Positions 1 through 10,800 of a stretch of DNA of 64,000 bases are shown here, piece by piece (within the stretch, counting starts at the first letter, position 1; every line of letters begins with the position of its first letter). Made by a program: the position numbers and the translations under genes. The DNA comes from Macrostomum lignano (Eukaryota), in contig NIVC01003020.1 in assembly GCA_002269645.1 (NCBI GenBank), positions 60,871 to 124,870 on the forward strand, given 5' to 3'. The notes beneath the pieces are model-generated. The model was not told the DNA's origin. It saw only the letters and a list, made by a program, of their open reading frames with translations, and made no database searches.

Positions 1-613
1 GCTTACTGAAAACGGCGTTACAAAAGTCACACTCGTGTAGTGGCTCATCGTCATCAAGCAGCATTGCCGCAACTTGTTCGTCACCAGCGGAGGTTGGATG
101 GCATCTTGTCTCAGCTGGGTCTGCTAAACAATAGTGGCGAGCAAGGTGACACGGCATCTTAAACTCACGACCACAGTTCTGGCAACTGACTCGAGCACTG
201 GTATGGACTACATTGTGCTTCAGAAGGTTGGCTTGTGATGAAAACTCTTTGCCACACATTCCACATTGAAACTTTTGTTGCCGTTCAGCTGAAGCGTCCG
301 ACACAGGAGCGTAGCGGCTCGACTGGTGCCGACTTTGGGTGGCATGGAACTCCGAAATATGCACGAGAAGAGACTCCTTGAAATTGAAATGCTGACCACA
401 CATAAAGCACTTATTATAAGAAACTGCATGCGATGAAGTCTTGCAGAACTTCATATGGTTGGCAATAAGAGGGTGGTTGCTAAATGTGCTCATGCAGAAC
501 TTGCACCTGTAAACGACTTCTCGCCGTTCATTCAATTCCTAAAATTATAGAATATTTTTAATACGATAAATGTTGCACAAAATAGGAATAACTCGTTTAG
601 TACAGTATGTCAT

Positions 614-3217
614 TCAGCTCACCTTAAATCGTTCATAATTATCGAAATCATCTCTATCTTGTAGGAAACTTTTTGTTGTTTCTTGATGCTTAGAGGCGAA
701 GAAATGTCCACAGCTCAACATGTGGGCTTTTGCGACACTCTCGTCTTGAAATCGCATGGCACAATAGCAACAGGGAAACCACTCCTTTGTGGGATCAGGA
801 AAGTTTAGATCGCGTGGAGCCTCGTAATTTCGCAAATCAGTCGCATCAATTAAGGCTTGGTAATTGTGCATAGATCTTGTTTTATTTATAGAATGCAAGA
901 CTTGTTCCAAGCCGCTCAAAACAGTGGAAGTGCGGAAATTTAATTCGACTGCCGGCCTATTCCATTTCCAATTACATTTGGATGAAGCTGGAACGGGATT
1001 CGCCCGCGACTCGCCGACGAGTGCACTACCATTCAGAAGGCTATAGGATCCTTCGGCATGGCTGATTCTTCTTGGGACATCCAGCAAAAAGTTTTGGGTG
1101 TCAGTATGCGCAATCTGATGGCTCGAATCACTACTCGATGTGCTCTTTGCTGCGTCGCTTTCTATAGATTTGTGACGAGGATGAGCGAAAGCACTGAATT
1201 TACTAACATCAGTCTCGGTATATCCACCAGGAGCACAATTGTCAAACGTTGATAATGCATTCTGGGACAATTCAAGCATGTGATAGCGATAATGTTGTCC
1301 GAGACTGAGCCATGTCATGAAGTGGGTGTGGCACATATCGCAAACATAGTGACAGATACCAAACCCAGCACCTGAAGGCTCTAAAGACCCGTTCATGGAT
1401 CGTTGCTCGTGGAATACAACTCGCATAATAAACAACTTACGTAGCTCATCACAGTCAAAATGATCAATTACAAAGTGTTCTATCAGCTTGGCAGTTGTAT
1501 CAAAGGCTCCATCGCAGAGATGACAAACACAAAAACTTTTTCTTAGTTCAGTGGAATCGGATTTAGCGGAGTCAAAGAGAACTTTTTGACTTGCAGCGTA
1601 ACAAACAGAGCCATCGAAAGAAAATTTTTTCTGATGCGATTCAGCCAATTGCAATTCGGTACCGGTAGCATCCATTGATCGATTCATTAAAACTGATGAT
1701 GAGGTGAGCTCAGATGCTGGAGCGTCAATAATTCTGCCGACCTCTGACGGTTCATGATGCTGATCAGCTTCTGCAGACTCGAAACTAATCTGGAGGGGAA
1801 TGAAACGTAACGGAACGCTGCCGTACTTCCCAGCTTTCCACTCACGGTACTGCTTTTTATGAAAGTAGATGCAATGCTTTCCCATGCCCTTCGAAAAAAT
1901 ACGCTCGCCACAAAAAGGACACGGTACTCGTGTGGCCTCTTTCTTGCGACCCGTTGTAGAAACAAAGACGGGTTTCTTCGATTCTCGACGAATGAAGGAC
2001 TTTGGCTTAGTAAAACTTTGATGTACAGAGCTTGGACTCTTGGAAAGTACAGAGTTCAATGAGAAAATTGAGACTCGACCATACTTTCCTTCTTTCCAGT
2101 CATTGTACTCTTTTAGATGGTAAATTGAGCAGTGGTTTGTTATTCCTTCGGCACTGATTTGCTTACCACAAATAGGACACGGAAGTGACGAAGAGGGAAC
2201 TACCCTGTGAGTTTTGTCGGCTTCTGCTTTGACTGACATATTCCAATCAATCCTTTGAGCTAAAATTTGAGGAAAGCATCTTAACTGCTTTTCGGTTGAC
2301 AGCGAACTCGAGGAAACACCGCGCGGAATTTCTTTAAGTAGCATAGCCCCATCAAGAGCTTGAAGGACTGAAACGGCGACGTCAGAGTCAGGGGGTACGA
2401 AGCGAAGTTGGATCTGGCCGTATTTGCCGCTCTTCCAATCCGCGAAACCATGTGCGTGATGATTGACACAATGCTTTGCAAGACCTTTAATCGTTGTCTT
2501 GTGTGTAATGCAGAATGAACAGTTAATGTCTAACGGATCTTCGTTGGAATTGAATTCAAACACTCCGTCTTCGTTAATAAAGAAGGGAGCAGTGTTTGCT
2601 AACTGAGTTTTCAACTTGGATATTTTCCCCCTACTCCTAAATCTAGTAAACAGTCGATCTACGCGAGCAAGTTGCTGCTTTATTTGCAGTCGATCGTCAA
2701 ACACGTCCTCAATGGGCGGTTGATGGTGCAGATCTGCAGCGGCGCCCCCTCTTCCGTCTAGAGGCGTAGAAAACGGTGACTCGTGAACGCATTGACGGGA
2801 ACATCTTTTCGAATAAAAATCAGCAATTTTTTCTTTCGTCAGAGAAGTAAAAGCAATAGAGTCGCCGAGAAAACCTTCTTTAAAAGCAGCATAAAGCTCC
2901 GAATGAAAGCGCATGAAGTGCTGTTCAGCATCTTGCTCCTCGCGTAGAAAAGCGTTGCACTCGAGACAGATAGTAGAATCAGCACTTGGTTGATCCGCGT
3001 CTTCAATATTAGCAGAGACGTTCGTTCTTGAAGCTTGACCAACCCCTTCGCGATCTTGTAAATTCGCTTTAGAAGGAACCTTTCTCACCATTCGCGCTGA
3101 CATTTCTTTGCCAGGTACCGATTGGGAAATGTTGTGCTCATCGTTAAAATGCTCAGTCAAACGCGCAGCTGTATCACATGTTTTCTCGCACATGTGACAG
3201 CGGTGTAAGGAATCCAT
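614..3217 (-). CDS. Intronless multi-zinc-finger protein, 867 aa (about 8 C2H2/BED-like fingers)
   Basis: Uninterrupted 2.6-kb ORF with repeated CxxC-x11-12-H-x3-5-H motifs, e.g. CHMC..H..H, CLEC, CSFC, CPIC, CPFC, CHLC, CDMC, CYC..H. Confidence 0.8.
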   Translation of the reverse strand: MDSLHRCHMCEKTCDTAARLTEHFNDEHNISQSVPGKEMSARMVRKVPSKANLQDREGVGQASRTNVSANIEDADQPSADSTICLECNAFLREEQDAEQHFMRFHSELYAAFKEGFLGDSIAFTSLTKEKIADFYSKRCSRQCVHESPFSTPLDGRGGAAADLHHQPPIEDVFDDRLQIKQQLARVDRLFTRFRSRGKISKLKTQLANTAPFFINEDGVFEFNSNEDPLDINCSFCITHKTTIKGLAKHCVNHHAHGFADWKSGKYGQIQLRFVPPDSDVAVSVLQALDGAMLLKEIPRGVSSSSLSTEKQLRCFPQILAQRIDWNMSVKAEADKTHRVVPSSSLPCPICGKQISAEGITNHCSIYHLKEYNDWKEGKYGRVSIFSLNSVLSKSPSSVHQSFTKPKSFIRRESKKPVFVSTTGRKKEATRVPCPFCGERIFSKGMGKHCIYFHKKQYREWKAGKYGSVPLRFIPLQISFESAEADQHHEPSEVGRIIDAPASELTSSSVLMNRSMDATGTELQLAESHQKKFSFDGSVCYAASQKVLFDSAKSDSTELRKSFCVCHLCDGAFDTTAKLIEHFVIDHFDCDELRKLFIMRVVFHEQRSMNGSLEPSGAGFGICHYVCDMCHTHFMTWLSLGQHYRYHMLELSQNALSTFDNCAPGGYTETDVSKFSAFAHPRHKSIESDAAKSTSSSDSSHQIAHTDTQNFLLDVPRRISHAEGSYSLLNGSALVGESRANPVPASSKCNWKWNRPAVELNFRTSTVLSGLEQVLHSINKTRSMHNYQALIDATDLRNYEAPRDLNFPDPTKEWFPCCYCAMRFQDESVAKAHMLSCGHFFASKHQETTKSFLQDRDDFDNYERFKVS

Positions 3218-4888
3218 TTTGGATAAAGTTACCGGACTTATTCTATAGGTAGCTCAATCATCACGGAGAATAATTTTTGCACAAAAACACTTTGTGTCAA
3301 CTGGCAAGGTATGCACGAAAAAGCAATTTTGATTCAATCGGTTCCAGAATTTATGGACAAATTTGTGGGCTCTGCCATTGGTGGAAGACAGGCGAATCAG
3401 ACAATGGATGCTTGGAGTCTATTTGCAGATGCAGTTATTTCCTTACTCCACTACGACTATCAGTACACGTACTTAGCCAAAGAACACTGGAGATATGAAA
3501 GCGACTTCCCCTAGAAAAAAAGCTTGGCAAGTTAGACGGAGAAACCTTATCAACTTCACAAAATCCTCAATAACTTCCGAGCAGCAAAATTGATTTAAAA
3601 AAAAAATTGGTTCCGTTTTAAAGCTGAATAAATTCTTCACAACTACAGCACGAGTTTCATTGGAACAGGAGTACAAGTTCATTATTTATGCGGCAGAAAA
3701 GATCATTAGTAATTAGAGCGTTAAAAAATCGACATAACTTGCTATTTCTCACAAAGCTTTAAACGTAGCAAAGAACCACAGAGAATTCTTCATCATTTCA
3801 GACACAAGTGCTTACACAAACCAACCCTGTATGAAACACTATTAGAGGTGACTAAGGAAGTGCAGAAAGGAAAGATTTGGAGTCACGTGAGCGTCCTAAG
3901 TTTGCTAAAAACTAGCAGGATGGCCCAGCTGCTAAAGCGAATTCCCATTGAGTATAAATTTTGCATGCACAAGTGCAGTCACCAGCCACCCCTCTCAGGC
4001 CAACTGCTGCTTCACAGCGGCTTCTAATAAGTTTTCTGCGGCATTTCAGAGAAGTCGCTGCTACTCAGTGCCCTTTAGCTCTTACCTGCTTGCGAGAGAA
4101 TCGCCAGCCAGGCTAATCAAGAATTCACAATGCCAGACTGGAAAGTCCAACTCCATCTGGCACAGCTGTGCTGTCATCCACCAACCTGAAGAAATGCCTG
4201 CATTGAAGCCTGCCAACTCCCCGCATCTGGCACCGTCTCTTTAGCTGTGAGCTAGAAAACAATGACATTCAGGAACACTGCTTCAAGCTGAAAATGAAAG
4301 CATCCAAACACACGGGGAAGCTGGCACACAGGAAAGCAAAAGATTCTGAAAAATTCCAAATACCAGAAGATCCCGCAATCATAGTCCACAAAAAAATAGA
4401 ATTCTTTAAATCAAAAACCCGAATCGGAATAAAGTAAACGAAGCAGTCAAGACTCGCGGACAAATAGTAGAGATATGAATACAATTTCTAGTGTGCTTGG
4501 AGCTTCCTACACTTTAAATCTACATCTAATCTACATTTTTAAAAATCGAAATAAATGAAGAAATGAACACCAGCTAATAATAAAGATAACCGAGCAGTGT
4601 GTAATTATTTAATTACAAGCGCAGCTCAGGGCTGGCATGCTTAAAGGTGGAATTACTGGCAGAGCAAGCCGACAGCAGCCAGAGGTCTGTCATGCACGGA
4701 GTAAGTAAATTCAGGTTTACTAGCATCACTAGCACTAGTATTCACAAAGGTGCGCTTTCCCTACAGCTACGCTAACACCTGGATAAATACTTGATCGACC
4801 TGGGGACACACTAAAAACACATATAACGTAATGAGCGCAGCTTCCGGCACTGGTGCGGCCCGGCGCGGTTGGTTGCCTCGACTCTTCA

Positions 4889-7800
4889 CTATTCGACGTC
4901 ATCCTCCTGGATCTCGACGACTCTCTGTTGAAAAAATGGTTAAAAGCAAAGATTACAAGCGGTTAGCTGCACTGCTAGGCTGCAAGCTGACCCAACGCCC
5001 CTCACCTTCTCCTCCGTGGGCACGGTGAAGGTGCCGCCGCTCATCTCCCTGATGAGGGCCTCGCGAGCCTTGCTGAACTTCTGCTTGGCCTTGGGCAGGG
5101 CGGCCAGGATGAGCTCAAAGATCTCGTTGGGCAGGGTTTGCTGCAGCATCTGCAGCAGGTGGCTGGGCTGGGCGCACACGGCAATGGCGGTGGCCAGGTG
5201 CTCAACGCCGCCTTCGATGTCGCCGCGGCCGAGCAGGCTCTCGCCAGTCTGGACCTCCTCCATGAAGAAGCGCTGCACTGCCTCGGCGTCGCGCAGGTCG
5301 GGCAGGCCGCCTTCGGCCTTCAAGCGGCGGTCCTCCTTCTGCTGACGGCGCTCTGTGGAATTCAATAAAAAATGTCCGGTTTGAATTGCATTTTGAACTT
5401 TTTTCAAAAGTTTTTTTCAAAAATTGAACTGTCAGATTCGCATTCAAGCAAGCAACCCTGCAAGTACAGCGCATTCCTCAAGAGAGCTTTCGAGTGTTAA
5501 ATCACCGCCTCAGACAAGATTTGTCCTAACAGCAATTCTTGCGGCTTGAAGAGCGCCTCAAAAAGCAACAAAATAACCTGAAGCACCCGCCAAGAAGTCA
5601 CCATCATCCCTTAGCTTTTAATGTCATAAAAGCACCGTTAGATGTTTTTTACAGAATAAGGACGGTCATGGTCCCTCAAGGTGAAAAATGGCGATAACAA
5701 TAAACCCATCTCGCAGATGCATTTTTTTAGCACGAGTTGTCATTTGCTTTAACCTCCCGAATCAGAAGTCTGTTGCAATGCATAAGCCAAGAATGGAATC
5801 AACTTAAGCCTCTAGAATGGAAGTTGCATCTTAGCAACTCCCTGTTTAAGCAGTCTGTTTAAGAAGGAACAAACAACGGTGGGCTCTCAAGGATCACAAG
5901 AGAAAGAGATATTTTTTGTTATTTAAGCAACCACACTTTGCATATCATTAAAAATAGATAAATATATACAGGTCAAACTAGAAAGTATAAATATTGTTCC
6001 TGGTTAAACACTGTACTAGAGTATATTCCAACAATTTTTTTAACTAACATCCTGGCTTATTTAGCCTAGCCGGGTGATACGAAGCGCAGCAGATTAACTG
6101 TAGTGGGTATCCTCTCCAGTGTGGAACAGCATTAGGGTTGACACAACTGGCCAGCGGGTGGTTATAATTAACTGAAGGACTGCTCACGGCTTCATCCCTG
6201 AACTAGTTGGCCCTGATCTGGGCATCATCAATTTAATTAAACCAGCATAATTAGACCAAAGCGGCAGGCTATGGGCAGAGAGGCTGGGCAGCTCAAGCAC
6301 CTGAAAACTGAAAGCTTCATCATTCCCTTATGGTAGCTTTGTGCTGCACAGGCAGATTATTGCAATTGTTGCACCGAAATGAGCCAACAGAAGCCAGTGG
6401 GTCTTTGATGGATGCAAATTTTGCACACGGAATTCTGCTGCTGCTGCTGCTGGGATGGCAAATTTAGCGGGAATTTTTTATAACATCTTCATTGCTATCT
6501 GTCTCATAGTAGAAGGGACTTACATCCGCAAACCATCCGAATCTTACTATAGGCCGGTAGTTGGGGCAAAATGAATTAGAAATATGAGAATTCAGTGCAC
6601 CGCAGTCCTAAACTGAAAACAATGCGAGAAGTAACAATATATTTTCCAGGAGCACTTCGACAGCTTCCCACAACCAGCACTGATGCAACTCTGTCCATCC
6701 CACTGACTTCTGGGCTCATACAAGCGCGTGAACGCAGACAAGTTTTGTCCAAGTTTAGTTCACAAGTTTTTCCAAGTTATTTGTGTTTTCTAAACGGGTT
6801 TCGCAAAGATTAGCTTTTTCGCATAGCGCTAAAAACACTTTTGCCATAGAAAAACTCAGCCAGTAACAAAAAATACACTAAAGAGATGGCAACATATAAA
6901 ATTATAAAAACTTTAAGCTTTAAGTCTAAGCTGACGTAGCAACCCAAATTGAATATGCTCAACAGCTGAATAGAAGAGCTGCCTCGGAATATTTAGGCCT
7001 CGAAATATCCAGGACAGACAAAATACAAGCCACTTCAAGCTCCCATTTTCAGTTCAAGTTCAGATTGGTATCTCGAGAATGAACAGTAAAAAATCAAACG
7101 CGGCGATATGATTTTAATCAATGGCATAACAAATGCCATTATTCCCGCCTCCTACTCAACTGGGAATCTGCATTAAGTGCCTGATTAAATCCCAACAAAT
7201 CAGGCTGCACTGAAACAATAGGCTGAGCGCAAGAGTCCTTTAAAGCAGGCACTCCATGCGGCTTGATTATCCCGCCCGGCTAACCCGCACCAGCAGCCGA
7301 TAATGGATTCCCATTCAAAATAGGAGATTGCTTGCTCAAACAGAATGCAAAACAATTGGCTTGGGTTTTATCGCCTCATGTCACACTGAATTCTAGAAGC
7401 AATTTTATCTCCGACTGGTCTGGATTCTTTGTTGCAGCTGCAGAGGACTGAATGCAAGGCAGATTCATGCAGACTGGAGGCATGCAGCTACTAGTAGAAA
7501 ATCGGCATTCTTTAGCTACTTGGCACTGTCAGCTGGGCACATCCGCCCAATGCTGAGCTTTTGAGTAACGGGTGGCTGAGGCACTGGGTACTGCCGTGAC
7601 TGGGTGGCTGGGGCATTGGGTACTGCCGTGACTGGGGCACTGGGTACTACTGTGACTGGGTGGCTGGGGCACTGGTACTGCTGTGACTGGGGCACTGGGT
7701 ATTACCGTGTCTGGGTGTCGGGGGCACTGGGTACTACTGACTGGGTGGCTGGGGCACTGGGTACTGCCGTGACTGGGTGGCTGGGGCATTGGGTACTGCC

Positions 7801-10800
7801 GTGAGTGGGGCACTGGGTACTACTGTGACTGGGTGGCTGGGGCACTGGTACTGCTGTGACTGGGGCACTGGGTATTACCGTGTCTGGGTGTCGGGGGCAC
7901 TGGGTACTGCCGTAACTGGGGTACTGGGTATTACCGTGTCTGGGTGTCTGGGGCACTGGGTACTGCTGTGACTGGGTACTGCTGTGACTGGGTACTGCTG
8001 ACTGGGTACTGCTGTGACTGGATGGCTGGGGCACTTGGTACTGCTGTGACTCAGTGTCTGGGGTATTGAGTACTGCTGTGACTGGGGCACTGGGTACTGC
8101 TGTGACCCGGTGTCTGGGACGCTGGGTACTGTTGTAACTGGGTGTCGGGGGCACTGGGTACTGCTGTGACTGGGTGGCTGGGGCACTGGGTACTGCTGTG
8201 ACTCGGTCTCTGGGACACTGGGTACTGCTGTGACTAGGTGTCTGGGGCACTGGGTACTGCTGTGACTGGATGGCTGGGGCACTGGGTACTGCTGTGACTG
8301 GGTGGCTGGGGCACTGGGTACTGCTGTGACTCGGTCTCTGGGGCACTGGGTACTGCTGTAACTGGGTACTGCTGTGACTGGGTGGCTGGGGCACTGGGTA
8401 CTGCTGTGACTCGGTCTCTGGGGCACTGGGTACTGCTGTAACTGAGTACTGCTGTGACTCGGTCTCTGGGGCACTGGGTACTGCTGTGACTGGGTACTGC
8501 TGTGACTCAGTGTCTGGGGCACTGGGTACTGCTGTGACTGGATGGCTGGGGCACTGGGTACTGCTGTGACTGGGTGTCTGGGGCACTGGGTACTGCTGTG
8601 ACTCAGTGTCTGGGGCACTGGGTACTACTGTGACTGGGTGGCTGAAGCACTCTGGCTGATGGGGCATCACTATAAATTCACTAACAGACTACAATGTGGC
8701 CAAGTTCAAGCAATTAGGCGTGTCATATGCTGCTGCTCTTTGATCCTAAGTGCACTTTATTTCATTTCAAGGGCAAAGAGGGCAAAAAAAATCATGAGCA
8801 TATATTTAGCTATTTATTAAGGAGCTCAAATTTTTACAAAAAGTGAAACCAACTATATATGTATATCAATTTACCTACACTACTAATAGTAGCAAGGTTA
8901 TTACTATAAGTGACAGTTCAGTGATATGATTTTGTTATGCAAATGTAAAGGATTTCTGCAACTAGGACTGGCTTCTTTGCCATGGTTAGCTATAGCAACT
9001 ACTAGACTACTAGACTATAGCAACTACAAAGTAAGAACAGCTACTTTTGCTATTTGACAATTTCTAAACCTAATAGAAATTTAGTTCAATATGTCTATAA
9101 AAGCATTTGTTTAAGAAAATATAACATTTCCTATTGTGATTCTTTTTAAGATAGTTATCCCTTTAAGATATACTTAAAAACATCTTTTTGTGGCTAGTCA
9201 AGCAATTAAAGCAATCAAATAATGAGTGGCCAAAGACCAAAGTTGTTGCTAACAAAGACTATATTGAATGGCAAGTTTTAAGGAGTACCTGGAAGTTTCC
9301 TAGAAGTTTTGCTTTTTTACACTTTTACAAAGACTTTTGAAAAAGAAACTAGAAGGCTCAGCAGAAAGAAAAAGTTCATGATACCTCATATGTGATTGGC
9401 TTATTCTGAGGACAAGAGAGCTTATATTCAAAAGATAGAAGCACTAAAATACATTCTAACTAAAAGATTTATTAGTTAACCATTTCAATGCTAGGTTACT
9501 AGAAGTCAGACCACTGATGTTGCAGGTCTTCACTAAGGTACTGCACACTGCCTTGCACCAAGATGACTTTGCCAACCCATCTTGCTTTTCTGGGCACTCA
9601 TTGTAGGAGACTGGATTGTCTGGATCATGTATATTACATGATCCAGAGTGTGGCATACATATATAGTAATATTCACTACTAATAAAGAATATGCCAATTA
9701 TAAATAATACATATATAAGCCAATAGTAGTACTTTATAAGCCAAAGATTACTGTACTAGCTCATAAAGAAACTAATATATTAGCTAAGACCAATAATAAC
9801 TAAGACAAGCTGAGACAAAATTTTAAAACAATAAAGCCTTCAAATTTGACCAAACTGCTGGAGAGAAAAATCATGACAATATTTTAACACCCAATTATTA
9901 ACTATATTATTCATGAAAAAACCTATATTTACTACTTTAAGTAAGCCTAATAAATGCTGCTATTTCTAATTCAATTTGGCTTAATATAGAATCATGCTTG
10001 AAATTTTATAAATCTTTTCATATAGTTAAATTGCTATAGAGTATCTAGGCATGGCTATATACATGTCTTTAAAATTGTAAATTTTTTGATTAATTTCTAT
10101 GCTTTGCATTTTATTTCAAATTACGAAGGGTATCCGAAAAGTAGTGATACTTTTAACCGTAGCTCTCATTCTATAGCTTCCTGTGATTTAAAATTTTATG
10201 AACTGATAGCAGCAAATTTTTTCTACAGACTGCTTTTTGAATTTTTAAAATTGATAGTAGAGAACAAAAGTTATACCCACGAAAGTAACAGTACCTGTAC
10301 TATAGAGTTACACAAACTATATCAAAATTTATAATAGTTGACTTCTGCACTCATTCATTAAGAAAGCATTGATAAATGTCTTGTTTAAGCAATACCAAAG
10401 CCCAATTGCAAAATGATGGTCACTGTGGCTGACTGAAATTTGTTTATGGACAAGATCATGCATAGAAAAATAAAGCATTAAATTCAATAATTTACTTGCA
10501 AATAGAGGAGCTTGCATTTTGCAATTGGTTCATGATTTCATTGCCCATACTCAACAACACACATGGATGTGCACTCACTTGTTGCTCAGCAAAGTGCCAT
10601 CTTCACTCTTTGGGGTGCTAGCCATAGTGCCTCCAGAAATTCACACAAAACTTTGCGGTCAGCAAAATGACAGTTTATTGATGGATGGAGCAGTTCAGTG
10701 AGGAAAGGACTGACTTGGCAGATCAACATTGGATAGGGTGGCCATATATTCATCAACCTGATGTACTGGTGGATTCCATTCTGGATCTTCTTGACGAGGA

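Noticed and set aside
3311-3514. Short plus-strand ORF upstream of the zinc-finger gene
   Set aside because: No recognisable domain or convincing splice structure
5016-5345. Antisense ORFs over TOM20, MCCC1, MROH1 and TUBB exons (example shown)
   Set aside because: Expected shadow ORFs of GC3-rich coding sequence
7529-8670. Long Q/P/S/T-rich ORFs
   Set aside because: Translations of an intronic minisatellite, open in several frames
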